Origin: Thermoanaerobaculia bacterium
GTDB lineage: Bacteria; Acidobacteriota; Thermoanaerobaculia; Multivoradales; JAIOJS01
Direction of reading: 5' to 3'
DNA length: 64,000 nt
Assembly (NCBI GenBank): GCA_963806095.1
Contig: CAWDWV010000002.1
Location: 1,453,949 to 1,517,948, forward strand
The position numbers and the translations under genes are program-made. A model generated the notes under the pieces. The model worked only from the letters and a program-made list of their open reading frames with translations, made no database searches and was not told where the DNA came from. Shown piece by piece: positions 50,265 to 58,780 of the stretch; positions within the stretch are counted from its first letter, which is position 1, and each line of letters begins with the position of its first letter.

Positions 50265-50546
50265 ATGGCGGGCAAATCGGACATCGTCGACTACATCGCC
50301 GACAACGTGGAAGGGATCTCGAAGAAGCAGGCCAACGAGGCGTACGAGTCGGTCGTCGAGGCGATCGTCCTGCACCTCGAGAAGGGTGACCGCGTGCAGG
50401 TGCCCGGCCTGGGCAGCTTCTCGGTGGGCGACCGCGCCGCCCGCACCGGCCGCAACCCCAAGACCGGCGAGGCGATCGCCATCGCGGCGAGCAAGTCGGT
50501 GCGCTTCAAGGCCGGCAAGGACCTCAAGGACGCGATGAACGGCTAA
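50265..50546 (+). CDS. hup: DNA-binding protein HU
   Basis: 93-aa product. 'KSDIVDYIADNVEGISKKQANEAYESVVEAI...VQVPGLGSFSVGDRAARTGRNPKTGEAIAIAASKSVRFKAGKDLKDAMN'. AGGAGGAG RBS. Confidence 0.9.
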   Translation: MAGKSDIVDYIADNVEGISKKQANEAYESVVEAIVLHLEKGDRVQVPGLGSFSVGDRAARTGRNPKTGEAIAIAASKSVRFKAGKDLKDAMNG

Positions 50547-50573
50547 TTCGGGCAGCGCGCGCGAGCGCGCTGA

Positions 50574-51254
50574 TCAGCGCACGTCGCGGTAGAGGCCGGC
50601 CAGTCGCGCCGGGGAAACGCCGCAGGCGAACAGCGTCCAGATCAGCCAGTTGGTGGCGACCGTGCGCAGCGGGCCGCGGCGCACGAAGCGGCGCGCCGAG
50701 GTGGTGACGGTGAGCGGCAACATGGCGACGCGGCCGGCAGCCTTGAGCCGCCGCGCGAAGTCGAGGTCCTCGAGCAGCGGCCACTCGCGGTAGCCGTCGA
50801 GCCGCGTGAACGTCTCGCGAGTGACGAACTGCGCCTGGTCGCCGAGCGCCACGCGGGTGATCCGCGAGCGGGCGTTGGCGACCGCGGCGCCGAGCCGAAA
50901 GAGCGGCCGCGACGGCTCGAAGCGGACGCGGAAGCCGCCGCCGCAGCAGCCGCGCGCGACGGCGGCGCGCACCGCCGCCGCGGCGCCCGGCGGCAGCGTG
51001 GTGTCGGCGTGGAGGAAGAGCAGCAGCTCGGCATCGGTGGCGGCGGCGCCGCGGTTGAGCTGCGCGCCGCGCCCGGCCGGGCCGGCGATCACCCGGGCGC
51101 CGAGGCTCGCCGCGAGCTCGCACGTGCGGTCGCGGCTGCCGCCGTCGGAGACGACGAGATCGTCGGCGACGGCGATCGCGGCGGCGAGGTTCTGGCGCAG
51201 CGCCGGCTCCTCGTCGAGCGTCGGCACCACGATGGCGAGACGCGGTTCGGACAC
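50574..51254 (-). CDS. Family-2 glycosyltransferase resembling the TIGR04283 'rSAM/selenodomain-associated transferase 2' group
   Basis: GTG start at 51254. 'LAIVVPTLDEEPAL', 'LVVSDGGSRDRT', 'GRGAQLNRGA', 'LLFLHADTTLP', 'LGDQAQFVTRETF', 'PLLEDLDFARRL', 'TTSARRF', 'NWLIWTLFACGVSPARLAGLY'. Confidence 0.7.
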   Translation of the reverse strand: MSEPRLAIVVPTLDEEPALRQNLAAAIAVADDLVVSDGGSRDRTCELAASLGARVIAGPAGRGAQLNRGAAATDAELLLFLHADTTLPPGAAAAVRAAVARGCCGGGFRVRFEPSRPLFRLGAAVANARSRITRVALGDQAQFVTRETFTRLDGYREWPLLEDLDFARRLKAAGRVAMLPLTVTTSARRFVRRGPLRTVATNWLIWTLFACGVSPARLAGLYRDVR

Positions 51255-51368
51255 GGCCCGCGATGCTAGCAACCAGAGCGGCGAGCCGGTGCGCGTTCGG
51301 GCGCGCAGCCGCGGAATCAACGATGCGGGCACGAGCTCCGCACGCGGGCGCTGGTACCATCGCCGGCG

Positions 51369-51905
51369 ATGACCGGCCGCAAATCCTTCTCGCACCTCGA
51401 CGAGGCCGGCACCGCCCGCATGGTCGACGTGTCGGACAAGCCGGTGACGCGGCGCGTCGCCGAAGCCTCGTGCCGCGTGCGGTTGTCGGACGAGACGGTG
51501 GCGCGGCTGAGCGACCTGCCCAAGGGCGACGCCGTCGCCGTGGCCCGCCTCGCCGGCATCCAGGGAGCGAAGGTGACCTCGATGCTGGTGCCGCTCGCGC
51601 ATCCGCTGCCGCTCGACCAGGTCGAGGTGGAGATCGCGCCCGCCGGCCAGGGCGTCGTCATCCGGAGCCGCGTCGTCGCCACCGCGCGCACCGGCGCCGA
51701 GATGGAGGCGCTCGCCGCCTGTGCCGCCGCGGCGCTCGCGCTCTACGACATGGTGAAGGCGGTCGAGCGCGGGGCAGTCATCACCGACCTCCGACTCGAG
51801 AGCAAGAGCGGCGGCAGGAGCGGCGCTTGGGAGCGCGGCGACGACGCCGCGACGGCGACCGCCGGAGCCGATGCCGCGGCGTTGGCGGCGGGGCGCGCGA
51901 CTTGA
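51369..51905 (+). CDS. moaC: Cyclic pyranopterin monophosphate synthase MoaC
   Basis: 'SHLDEAGTARMVDVSDKPVTRR', 'KGDAVAVARLAGIQGAK.TS.LVPLAHPLPL', 'TGAEMEALAACAAAALALYDMVKA'. It has a short Ala-rich C-terminal extension. Confidence 0.9.
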   Translation: MTGRKSFSHLDEAGTARMVDVSDKPVTRRVAEASCRVRLSDETVARLSDLPKGDAVAVARLAGIQGAKVTSMLVPLAHPLPLDQVEVEIAPAGQGVVIRSRVVATARTGAEMEALAACAAAALALYDMVKAVERGAVITDLRLESKSGGRSGAWERGDDAATATAGADAAALAAGRAT

Positions 51906-53092
51906 CGGTCCGCACCGGCCTCGACCGTCTGCTCGCCGACTCCGGCCGGCTGCGCGGGCGCCGCTACGGCCTGCTGGCGCACCACGCTTCGGTGACCGCC
52001 GACCTGCGGCCGGCGCACGTGGCGCTGGCGGCGAGCGAGGGCGGCGCGCCCGCCGTGCTCTTCGGCCCCGAGCACGGCTACTACGGCGTCGAGCAGGACA
52101 TGGTGCCCAGCGAGGACCAGCGCGACCCGTGGACGGGCGTGCCCATCCGCTCGCTCTACGGCCACTCCGAACAGACGTTGCGCCCCGACGCCGAGGCGTT
52201 CGCGGGCCTGGACCTGCTGCTCGTCGACCTGCAGGACGTCGGCAGCCGCTACTACACCTACGCCGCCACGGCGACGTGGGCGGCGGAGGAGGCGCTCGCC
52301 GCCGGCTGCGAGGTGTGGGTGCTCGACCGCCCCAACCCGCTCGGCGGCGAGGCGGTCGAGGGCAACCTCCGCCAGCCCGGCTTCGAGTCCTTCGTCGGCG
52401 CCTTCGCGCACCCGGTCCGGCACGGGCTGACGCTGGGCGAGATCGTGCGGCTGGAGATCGCGCGCGGCGAGGGCGCGAGCGCCGGCGATCCCGACGGCCT
52501 CGAGATCTGGCGCCTCGACGGCTGGCGCCGCGCGATGCTGTGGCCCGAGACCGGCCGCCCGTGGATCGCGCCGTCGCCGAACATGCCCACCTTCGCCACT
52601 GCCGTCGTCTACCCCGGGCTGTGCCTGCTCGAAGGCACGCGGGTGTCGGAAGGGCGCGGCACGACGCGGCCGTTCAACGTCTTCGGCGCGCCGTGGCTGC
52701 ACCCCGTCGAGCTGGCGCGGCGGCTCGCCGATCGTGGCATCCCCGGCGTCTCGTTCCTGCCCATGTACTTCCGCCCGCAGTTCCAGAAGCACGCCGGCAC
52801 CGTCTGCGGCGGCGTCGAGGTGGTGGTGGGCGACGCCGTGCAGCTGCCGGCGTACCGCGCCGGCGTCGAGGTGCTCGCGGCGTTGTTCGAGCTCTCCCGC
52901 GGCGAGGAGTTCTGGCGCGCCGAGAGCTACGAGTTCGTGCGGGACCGGCCGGCTATCGACCTCCTCGCCGGCAGCGATGCGCTGCGCAATGGGCTCGAGT
53001 CGGGCGCCGGATGCGACGAATGGGTGGCGACGTGGGCGGCCGACGAGGCGGCGTTCCGGCAGCGCCGCGCCGCCTGCCTGCTCTACGACTGA
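51902..53092 (+). CDS. DUF1343 family protein (NamZ-like exo-beta-N-acetylmuramidase family)
   Basis: The TTG start overlaps the moaC stop. 'GLLAHHASV', 'LFGPEHGYYG', 'LLVDLQDVGSRYYTY', 'VWVLDRPNPLGG', 'PVRHGLTLGE', 'WIAPSPNMPT', 'YPGLCLLEGT.VSEGRGTTRPF'. The ORF is intact. Confidence 0.8.
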   Translation: MTVRTGLDRLLADSGRLRGRRYGLLAHHASVTADLRPAHVALAASEGGAPAVLFGPEHGYYGVEQDMVPSEDQRDPWTGVPIRSLYGHSEQTLRPDAEAFAGLDLLLVDLQDVGSRYYTYAATATWAAEEALAAGCEVWVLDRPNPLGGEAVEGNLRQPGFESFVGAFAHPVRHGLTLGEIVRLEIARGEGASAGDPDGLEIWRLDGWRRAMLWPETGRPWIAPSPNMPTFATAVVYPGLCLLEGTRVSEGRGTTRPFNVFGAPWLHPVELARRLADRGIPGVSFLPMYFRPQFQKHAGTVCGGVEVVVGDAVQLPAYRAGVEVLAALFELSRGEEFWRAESYEFVRDRPAIDLLAGSDALRNGLESGAGCDEWVATWAADEAAFRQRRAACLLYD

Positions 53093-53102
53093 GGGCCGCG
53101 AG

Positions 53103-53534
53103 TTGCGCCGCATCCACCTGCTGCGAGTCGCCGAGGAGGCGGAGGTCTACCGGCCGCTACTAGCCGCCGCCGGCGAGGCAGGCCTGCGCGTCGGCTGGCT
53201 CGAGCTGCAGGCGCCACCGCCGCCGCCCGAGGGCTTGCGCGACGCGCTCGCCGCCGGCAGCGAGCGCGCCGTTGCCGTCGGCGAGAGCTGGACGCTGGCG
53301 GCCCGGGCACGCCGGGGTCCCGCGCGCCTGCGCGAGCTGCTGCGCCAGCAGTTCCTCGGCTGCACGCTGGTGCTGGTGCGCGGCGACGCCGACGCGCCGG
53401 CGCTCGCGTCGACCGGCGACGGCGGGTGGCGCATCACCATTCCCGGCGGCGCCGAGCGGCGCCTCGCCCTCGAGCAGCTCATCGCCGCGCTGCGCGAGCC
53501 GCGCCCGTTCGCGCCCGCCGAACCGGTGACCTGA
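53103..53534 (+). CDS. Hypothetical protein (about 143 aa)
   Basis: Third-position G+C bias is present. The ORF fills the gap between DUF1343 and the aminotransferase gene and has a TTG start candidate. I recognise no motif and see no P-loop. Confidence 0.4.
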   Translation: MRRIHLLRVAEEAEVYRPLLAAAGEAGLRVGWLELQAPPPPPEGLRDALAAGSERAVAVGESWTLAARARRGPARLRELLRQQFLGCTLVLVRGDADAPALASTGDGGWRITIPGGAERRLALEQLIAALREPRPFAPAEPVT

Positions 53535-53536
53535 CG

Positions 53537-54709
53537 ATGGCGAGCTACCAGAGCGGCGAGCCTGCGGCGAGCCGCGACGTCGTGGAACGGGCGCCCGGTC
53601 CTCCGGGCGGCCGGGGAATCAACCCGCTGCGCGGCGCCGCCGACGAGCCCATGCGGTTCTTCCTCGCCGGGCCCACGTACGTGCTCCAGCGAGTGCGCGA
53701 AGCGCAGCTGCGCCAGCCGGTGGCCCATCGCGCGGCCGACTTTCGCGCCGCCTACGAGTCCGTCGCCGGCGCGCTGCAGCAGATCTTCCGCACGTCGCGG
53801 CCGGTGGTCACCGCCACGGCGAGCGCCACGCTGCTCATGGAAGCGGCGGTCGTCTCCACCGTCGCCAAGCGGGCGCTACACCTCGTCAACGGCGCCTTCG
53901 CGCAGCGTTTCCACACCATCTCGCGGGCCCACGGCCTCGACTCCGACCAGGTCGTCGTGCCGATGGGTCACGCCATCGACCCCGACCTCCTGCGTCAGGC
54001 TCTACGCCGCGGGCGTTACGACGCCATCACCGTCGTGCACAGCGAGACCTCGACCGGCGTGCTCAACCCACTCCCCGAGCTCGCCCGCGTGGCGCATGAA
54101 GAAAGCGACGCGCTGCTCGTCGTCGACGCCGTCTCGTCGCTCGGCGGCGCGCCGGTGGAGACCGACGCCTGGGGCCTCGACGTCGTCCTCACCGCGGCGC
54201 AGAAGGCGTTGGCGCTGCCCCCGGGCCTCGCCTTCGCGGCGATCTCGGAACGCGCCGAGCGGCGCATGGTCGACGTGGCGCGGCGCGGCTTCTACACCGA
54301 TCTCGTCCGCTACCTGGAAAAGCACCGCGAAGGCAGCACCATCCACACTCCCGCGGTGACGCTCTTCTGGGCCGCCGAGGCGCAGCTCGCCGGCCTGCTC
54401 GCCGAAGGGATCGAGGCGCGCTGGGCCCGCCATGCGGCTCTGCAGCAACGCACCGTCGCCTGGGCCGCCGATCGTGACCTGCTGATCCCAGCCAACGAAG
54501 CGCATCGCTCGCCGACCGTCACGGCGATCACCGCTCCGCCCGGCCGTTCGGCGTCTGACGTCGTCAAGGCCCTGGCGGCACGCGCCTTCACGGTCTCGAG
54601 CGGCTACGCCGATTGGAAACCCACGACGTTCCGCATCGGTCACATGGGCGAGGTGCAGTCCCACGATCTCGACGGGTTGCTGGCCGCGCTCGACGAGATC
54701 CTGGGCTAA
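53537..54709 (+). CDS. Class-V pyridoxal-phosphate aminotransferase (serine-glyoxylate / phosphoserine aminotransferase-like)
   Basis: Intact 390-aa product. 'VVHSETSTGVLNP', 'LLVVDAVSSLGG', 'LTAAQKALALPPGLAF' (PLP Lys), 'FRIGHMG'. It lies immediately upstream of serA. Confidence 0.8.
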   Translation: MASYQSGEPAASRDVVERAPGPPGGRGINPLRGAADEPMRFFLAGPTYVLQRVREAQLRQPVAHRAADFRAAYESVAGALQQIFRTSRPVVTATASATLLMEAAVVSTVAKRALHLVNGAFAQRFHTISRAHGLDSDQVVVPMGHAIDPDLLRQALRRGRYDAITVVHSETSTGVLNPLPELARVAHEESDALLVVDAVSSLGGAPVETDAWGLDVVLTAAQKALALPPGLAFAAISERAERRMVDVARRGFYTDLVRYLEKHREGSTIHTPAVTLFWAAEAQLAGLLAEGIEARWARHAALQQRTVAWAADRDLLIPANEAHRSPTVTAITAPPGRSASDVVKALAARAFTVSSGYADWKPTTFRIGHMGEVQSHDLDGLLAALDEILG

Positions 54710-54714
54710 GCGGG

Positions 54715-54791
54715 CATCGAGATCGCTTCGTCGCTCCGCTCCTCGCGATGACGTTCGGTGTCATCGCGAGCGCAGCGAAGCGATCTCGATG
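54715..54791. repeat. REP/MITE-like long palindrome ('LLAMT...IASAAK' type), copy 1
   Basis: The arms are CATCGAGATCGCTTCG...CTCGCGATGAC / GTCATCGCGAG...CGAAGCGATCTCGATG. The outer 16 bp and inner 11 bp pair perfectly, with an internal bulge and a 7-nt loop. A related copy lies at 58678-58780. Confidence 0.7.
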
Positions 54792-54833
54792 CCGTCGCGG
54801 GATGCCGCCCCGCGGCACCGCTTCAGACGCCGA

Positions 54834-54862
54834 TTGCCGCTCTGCGGCAAACCTGGGATATC
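54834..54862 (+). promoter_or_regulatory. Putative serA promoter/operator: TTGCCGC-TCT-GCGGCAA palindrome overlapping a -35-like hexamer, N17, GATATC
   Basis: TTGCCG lies at 54834-54839. A 17-nt spacer follows, then GATATC at 54857-54862, which ends 12 nt before ATG 54875. I see no Shine-Dalgarno sequence, so the leader may be short or absent. The same palindrome core lies upstream of rlpA. Confidence 0.3.
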
Positions 54863-54874
54863 CTCCCGCGCGCC

Positions 54875-56452
54875 ATGGCCCACAAGATCCTCATCGCCGA
54901 CTCCCTCGACCCCTCGGGTCTCGAAGCCCTCCAGGCCTCGGGCGCCGAGGTCCACGAGCTCACCGCCGCCGAGCGCCCGCGCCTGCGCGAGATCCTCGCC
55001 GACTACGACGCCCTCGTCGTGCGCAGCAGCACCAAGGTCACCGCCGACCTCCTGCGCGCCGGCAAGAGCCTCAAGGTCGTCGGCCGCGCCGGCATCGGCG
55101 TCGACAACGTCGACGTCACCGCCGCCACCGAGCTCGGCGTCCTCGTCGTCAACGCGCCGACGGCGAACCTCATCTCCGCCACCGAGCACACCTTCGCGCT
55201 GCTGCTCGCCCTCGCCCGCAAGGTGCCGGCCGCCGACGGCGCCATGAAGCGCCAGGACTGGGACCGCAAGAGCTTCACCGGCTTCGAGCTGCAGGGTAAG
55301 CGCCTGGGCGTCATCGGCTTCGGCCGCATCGGCCAGGGCGTGGCAGCGCGCGCGCGGTCGTTCGAGATGGAGGTCGCCGCCTTCGACCCCCACCTCGACC
55401 CCGCGGTCGCCCGCCGTCTCGACGTGCCGCTGATGTCGCTCGTCGAGCTGCTCGCCTGGGCCGACGTCGTCACCCTTCACGTGCCGCTCACCGACGAGAC
55501 GCGCAACTTGATCGGCGCCTCGGAGCTCGCGCACATGAAGCCGGGCGCACTGGTGGTCAACTGCGCCCGCGGCGGCGTCGTCGACGAGCCGGCGCTGCTC
55601 GCCGCCCTGGAGTCGGGCAACGTCGGCGGCGCCGCCATCGACGTCTTCGCCGACGAGCCGCCGACCGACTGGGCGCTTGCGACGCATCCGCGCGTCGTCT
55701 CGACGCCGCACATCGGCGCGCAGACGGTGGAGGCGCAGGAGCGCATCGCTCTCGAGACCAGCCGCATGGTGCTCGCCGCCCTCGACGGCTCGCTGGCGAT
55801 CTCGGCGGTCAACCTGCCATTCCGCCCCACCGGCACGCACAGCGAGCCCTTCCTGCGCCTCGGCGAGCAGCTCGGCCGCCTGGCGGGCTGCCTGCTCGGC
55901 GGCAGCATCAACCGCCTGCGCGTCGACCTCTGGGGCATCGAGGAGTCGCTCGCGGTGCCGGTCACCGTCGCCGCCGTCAAGGGCGCCCTCACCTGCTTCC
56001 TCGGCGAGGCGGTCAACTACGTCAACGCCGAGAAGCTCGCCGCCGCGCGGGGCATCGAGGTGGTGCGCGCGATGCGCCCCGAGCCCGCCGACTACCCGCA
56101 CCTCGTCGGCGTCACCGTCGGCGGCGAAGGCGGCGAAGTGGACCTGGCCGGCGCACTGTTCGGCGAGCGCGACGCGCGCGTGGTGCGCTTCCGCGGCTTC
56201 CAGCTCGAGTTCCGCCCCGAGGGGCGGCTGATGGTGCTGTCGAACCGCGACGTCCCAGGCGTGGTCGGGCGGCTGGGGACGATCCTCGGCGAGGCCGGCG
56301 TCAACATCGCCGAGATCCACCTCGCGCGCGTGGCCGACGGCGGCGACGCGATGGCGGTGCTGCGCCTCGACGAGCACCCGGCGCCCGAGGTGCTGGCGAA
56401 GATCGCGGCGCTGCCCGAGATCCAGGCGGTGCAGATCGCGGACCTGCGGTGA
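54875..56452 (+). CDS. serA: D-3-phosphoglycerate dehydrogenase (long form with ASB and ACT domains)
   Basis: 'KILIADSLDPSGLEAL', 'GVIGFGRIGQGVA' (NAD fold), 'VNCARGGVVDE', 'STPHIGAQT', and the C-terminal ACT text 'LMVLSNRDVPGVVGRLGTILGEAGVNIAEIHLAR'. The ORF is intact. Confidence 0.9.
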   Translation: MAHKILIADSLDPSGLEALQASGAEVHELTAAERPRLREILADYDALVVRSSTKVTADLLRAGKSLKVVGRAGIGVDNVDVTAATELGVLVVNAPTANLISATEHTFALLLALARKVPAADGAMKRQDWDRKSFTGFELQGKRLGVIGFGRIGQGVAARARSFEMEVAAFDPHLDPAVARRLDVPLMSLVELLAWADVVTLHVPLTDETRNLIGASELAHMKPGALVVNCARGGVVDEPALLAALESGNVGGAAIDVFADEPPTDWALATHPRVVSTPHIGAQTVEAQERIALETSRMVLAALDGSLAISAVNLPFRPTGTHSEPFLRLGEQLGRLAGCLLGGSINRLRVDLWGIEESLAVPVTVAAVKGALTCFLGEAVNYVNAEKLAAARGIEVVRAMRPEPADYPHLVGVTVGGEGGEVDLAGALFGERDARVVRFRGFQLEFRPEGRLMVLSNRDVPGVVGRLGTILGEAGVNIAEIHLARVADGGDAMAVLRLDEHPAPEVLAKIAALPEIQAVQIADLR

Positions 56453-56469
56453 GCGGTGGCGTCGACGTT

Positions 56470-56526
56470 GCGCAGTGCGCACCCTACCGGCGTGGTGTGG
56501 TGGGTGGGGTAGGGTGCGCTCTGCGC
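56470..56526. terminator. Long hairpin downstream of serA (REP-like, 'GCGCACCCTAC' type)
   Basis: GCGCAGTGCGCACCCTACC - 19-nt loop - GGTAGGGTGCGCTCTGCGC. The stem is 19 bp with one mismatch and starts 18 nt after the serA stop. There is no U-tract. Confidence 0.5.
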
Positions 56527-56702
56527 ATCGGCGGAGTCGGCGCTCGTCACCGTTGATGAGGTGAGGCGCGAGACTGGGCATGGCACGGAGGCGCGCGAGC
56601 GTCCCCGCTCTGCCATCGCGCCGCCGCAGCGGCGCCTCGCTTCTGGCGTAGCCTTTGCTCCGCCTCAGAGCCGCTGCTGAATCGACAGCTGGGAGGAACG
56701 TG

Positions 56703-57782
56703 ATGGGCAAGCGGGTGGGATTGGTCTTCGGTGGACGCAGCGTCGAGCACGAGGTGTCGATCAACTCGGCGCGCTCGGTCGCCTCGGGGCTGCAGCAGGC
56801 GGGGCACGAGGTCGTGCCGCTCGGCATCGCTTCCGACGGCTGCTGGCTCGCTCCGGCGGAGTCGCAACCGGCGCTCGACGGCGCTCTCAGCGCGCTGCCG
56901 GCGCCGGGCGGCGCCATCGCGCCGTCGCTGCGCCACCTGCTCGAAGCCGAGGTCGACGTGGTCTTCCCTCTCGTCCACGGCACCTGGGGCGAGGACGGCA
57001 CGCTGCAGGGCCTCTGTGAGATGGCCGGCCTCCCCTACGTCGGCTGCGGCGTGCTGCCCAGCTCCGTCGCCATGGACAAGCTGCAGTGCAAGCGGCTGCT
57101 CGCCGCCGCGGGTGTACCGGTGGTGGAGTTCCGCGCCGCCTCGCGCCAGCGCTTCGAGGCCGACCCGCAGGCGTTCCTCGCCAGCTGCGCCGAGCTGCCG
57201 CTGCCGCTCTTCGTCAAGCCCAGCGTCGGCGGCAGCAGCGTCGGCGTGCAGAAGGTCAAGAGCGCCGACGCGCTGGAGGCGGCGGTGCGCCTCGCCCTGC
57301 GCTTCGACGACCAGGTGCTCGTCGAGCGCGGCGTGCAAGGGCGCGAGCTCGAGGTCGCCGTGCTCGGCCTTCACGACCTCGAAGCCTCGCGCGTCGGCGA
57401 GATCGTCCCCGGCGCCGAGTTCTACGACTACGCCGACAAGTACCTCACCGACGCCGCTCAGCTCATCGCCCCCGCCGAGCTCGAGGGCTTCGTCGAGGAG
57501 CGCATCCGCCAGCAGGCCGTCGACGCCTTCGCCGCCATCGGCGGCTGGGGCATGGCGCGCGTCGACTTCCTGCTCGAGGGCGACAAGCCCTACGTCAACG
57601 AGATCAACTCCATCCCCGGCTTCACCAGGATCTCCATGTACCCACGGCTGTGGGCGCTCACCGGCGTACCGCTACCGATGCTGGTCGACCGCTTGGTAGA
57701 GATCGCGCTCCAGCGCCACGCCGAGCGCACGAGCCTCGACGAGGGGATCAAGCAGTGGCTGGCGGAGCTGGCGAAGCGGTAG
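56703..57782 (+). CDS. ddl: D-alanine--D-alanine ligase
   Basis: 'VGLVFGGRSVEHEVSINSA', 'VFPLVHGTWGEDGTLQGLCEMAGLPYVGCGV', 'LPLFVKPSVGGSSVGV', 'GMARVDFLL..DKPYVNEINSIPGFT'. GGGAGGAA RBS. The ORF is intact. Confidence 0.9.
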   Translation: MGKRVGLVFGGRSVEHEVSINSARSVASGLQQAGHEVVPLGIASDGCWLAPAESQPALDGALSALPAPGGAIAPSLRHLLEAEVDVVFPLVHGTWGEDGTLQGLCEMAGLPYVGCGVLPSSVAMDKLQCKRLLAAAGVPVVEFRAASRQRFEADPQAFLASCAELPLPLFVKPSVGGSSVGVQKVKSADALEAAVRLALRFDDQVLVERGVQGRELEVAVLGLHDLEASRVGEIVPGAEFYDYADKYLTDAAQLIAPAELEGFVEERIRQQAVDAFAAIGGWGMARVDFLLEGDKPYVNEINSIPGFTRISMYPRLWALTGVPLPMLVDRLVEIALQRHAERTSLDEGIKQWLAELAKR

Positions 57783-57830
57783 CGCGGGCTCGGCGGGCGC
57801 GCACCGTCTGACGTCTCGTTCCCTGAAGCC

Positions 57831-57899
57831 GTAGGGCGGCCTCCGCGGCCGCCATCCGCTCGCGGCGCCGAAACATGGCGGGCGCGGAGCCCGCCCTAC
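57831..57899. repeat. REP-like palindrome of the GTAGGGCGGCCTCCGCGGCCGCC family between convergent ddl and rlpA; probable bidirectional terminator
   Basis: The left arm GTAGGGCGGCCTCCGCGGCCGCC is identical to that at 14952 and 15107. The right arm GGCGGGCGCGGAGCCCGCCCTAC has two mismatches. It overlaps the rlpA TAG at 57896-57898. Confidence 0.6.
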
Positions 57900-58612
57900 T
57901 CGGACAGCACCGGCCCGAGCCCGGCTCGCAGGACGATCGAGCGGTAGCCGCGCCGCTGCAGCTGCTTCTGCATCTGCTCGGCGTCGGCGAAAGCGGTGTA
58001 GGTGCCGACGCGGACCCGGTACCACGGCAGCGACTCTTCGATGCGGGCGTCGGCGAAGTCGCCGGCGAGCTTGGCGAGGAGGGCGTCGGCGCGCTCGCGG
58101 GTCTGGAAGGCGCCGACCTGGACGGTGAGGACGGTGTCGACGGGGAGCGCCTGCTGGCCCATCTCGACGACGCGCAGCTCGATGTCGGCGGTGCCGGCGC
58201 GCACCATGTCGAGCTCGGTGGCGGCGCCGTAGGAGAGGTCGAGGATGCGGCCGCGCACGAAGGGGCCGCGGTCGTTGACGCGCACCTGCACGCGGCGACC
58301 GTTGGCGAGGTTGGTCACTTCGACGACGGTGCCGACGGGCAGCTCGCGGTGGGCCGCCGTCATCAGGTACATGTCGTAGCGCTCGCCGCTGGCGGTGCGC
58401 TGGCCGTGGAAGGGGTAGCCGTACCAGCTCGCCTCGCCGCGCTGGCTCCAGCCGACGCGGACGTGGTCGCGGGTGACGCTGCGGCAGGAGGCGAGGAAGA
58501 AGGAAGCCGCGGCGAGGGCGACGCAGAGCGCCGCCGCCGGTGGCAGCGAGCGTCTACGCGCGGGTGTGAGTTCGTTCCCCCTCATCCGGAAGCGGTCGAG
58601 CCGCGATGCCAA
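57896..58612 (-). CDS. rlpA: Septal-ring lytic transglycosylase RlpA (DPBB domain + SPOR domain), lipoprotein
   Basis: Lipobox-like 'FFLASC'. DPBB text 'GEASWYGYPFHGQRTASGERYDMYLMTAAHRELPVGTVVEVTNLANGRRVQVRVNDRGPF'. SPOR text 'TVQVGAFQTRERADALLAKL...YRVRVGTYTAFADAEQMQKQL'. The start is TTG 58612 or ATG 58585. Confidence 0.85.
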   Translation of the reverse strand: MASRLDRFRMRGNELTPARRRSLPPAAALCVALAAASFFLASCRSVTRDHVRVGWSQRGEASWYGYPFHGQRTASGERYDMYLMTAAHRELPVGTVVEVTNLANGRRVQVRVNDRGPFVRGRILDLSYGAATELDMVRAGTADIELRVVEMGQQALPVDTVLTVQVGAFQTRERADALLAKLAGDFADARIEESLPWYRVRVGTYTAFADAEQMQKQLQRRGYRSIVLRAGLGPVLSE

Positions 58613-58628
58613 CTACAGGTGCTGGAAG

Positions 58629-58659
58629 ATTATAGGGCAGTCTTGCCGCAGTCCGGCAA
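58629..58659 (-). promoter_or_regulatory. Putative rlpA promoter/operator: TTGCCG-GACTG-CGGCAA palindrome, then TATAAT
   Basis: On the minus strand TTGCCG lies at 58659-58654. After a 19-nt spacer, TATAAT lies at 58634-58629, 16 nt upstream of the TTG start. It shares the TTGCCG..CGGCAA core with the serA upstream region. Confidence 0.3.
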
Positions 58660-58677
58660 CGGTGGCGTATTCAGGGG

Positions 58678-58780
58678 TCGAGATTGCTTCGTCGCTGCGC
58701 TCCTCGCAATGACATTTGCCGCGCCACGCCGTACCGCCGCGTTCGGCATCGTCATCGCGAGCGAAGCGAAGTGATCTCGA
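58678..58780. repeat. REP/MITE-like long palindrome ('LLAMT...IASEAK' type), copy 2
   Basis: TCGAGATTGCTTCGTCGCTGCGCTCCTCGCAATGAC ... GTCATCGCGAGCGAAGCGAAGTGATCTCGA with a loop of about 37 nt. It lies between the purB stop (58781) and the rlpA start and is about 85-90% similar to the arms of 54715-54791. Confidence 0.7.

Noticed and set aside
51255-51368. A possible Moco riboswitch upstream of moaC. I also considered a lysine riboswitch upstream of lat (20470-20678).
   Set aside because: I could not recognise the conserved cores of either RNA family by eye, and the regions are short. A covariance-model scan (Rfam Moco and Lysine models) would be needed, so I make no claim.
53103-53534. The small ORF after DUF1343 read as MobB or another molybdenum-cofactor protein, because moaC is nearby.
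   Set aside because: It has no P-loop (GxxxxGK[ST]) and no other MobB or MoaD/E motif. I keep it as hypothetical.
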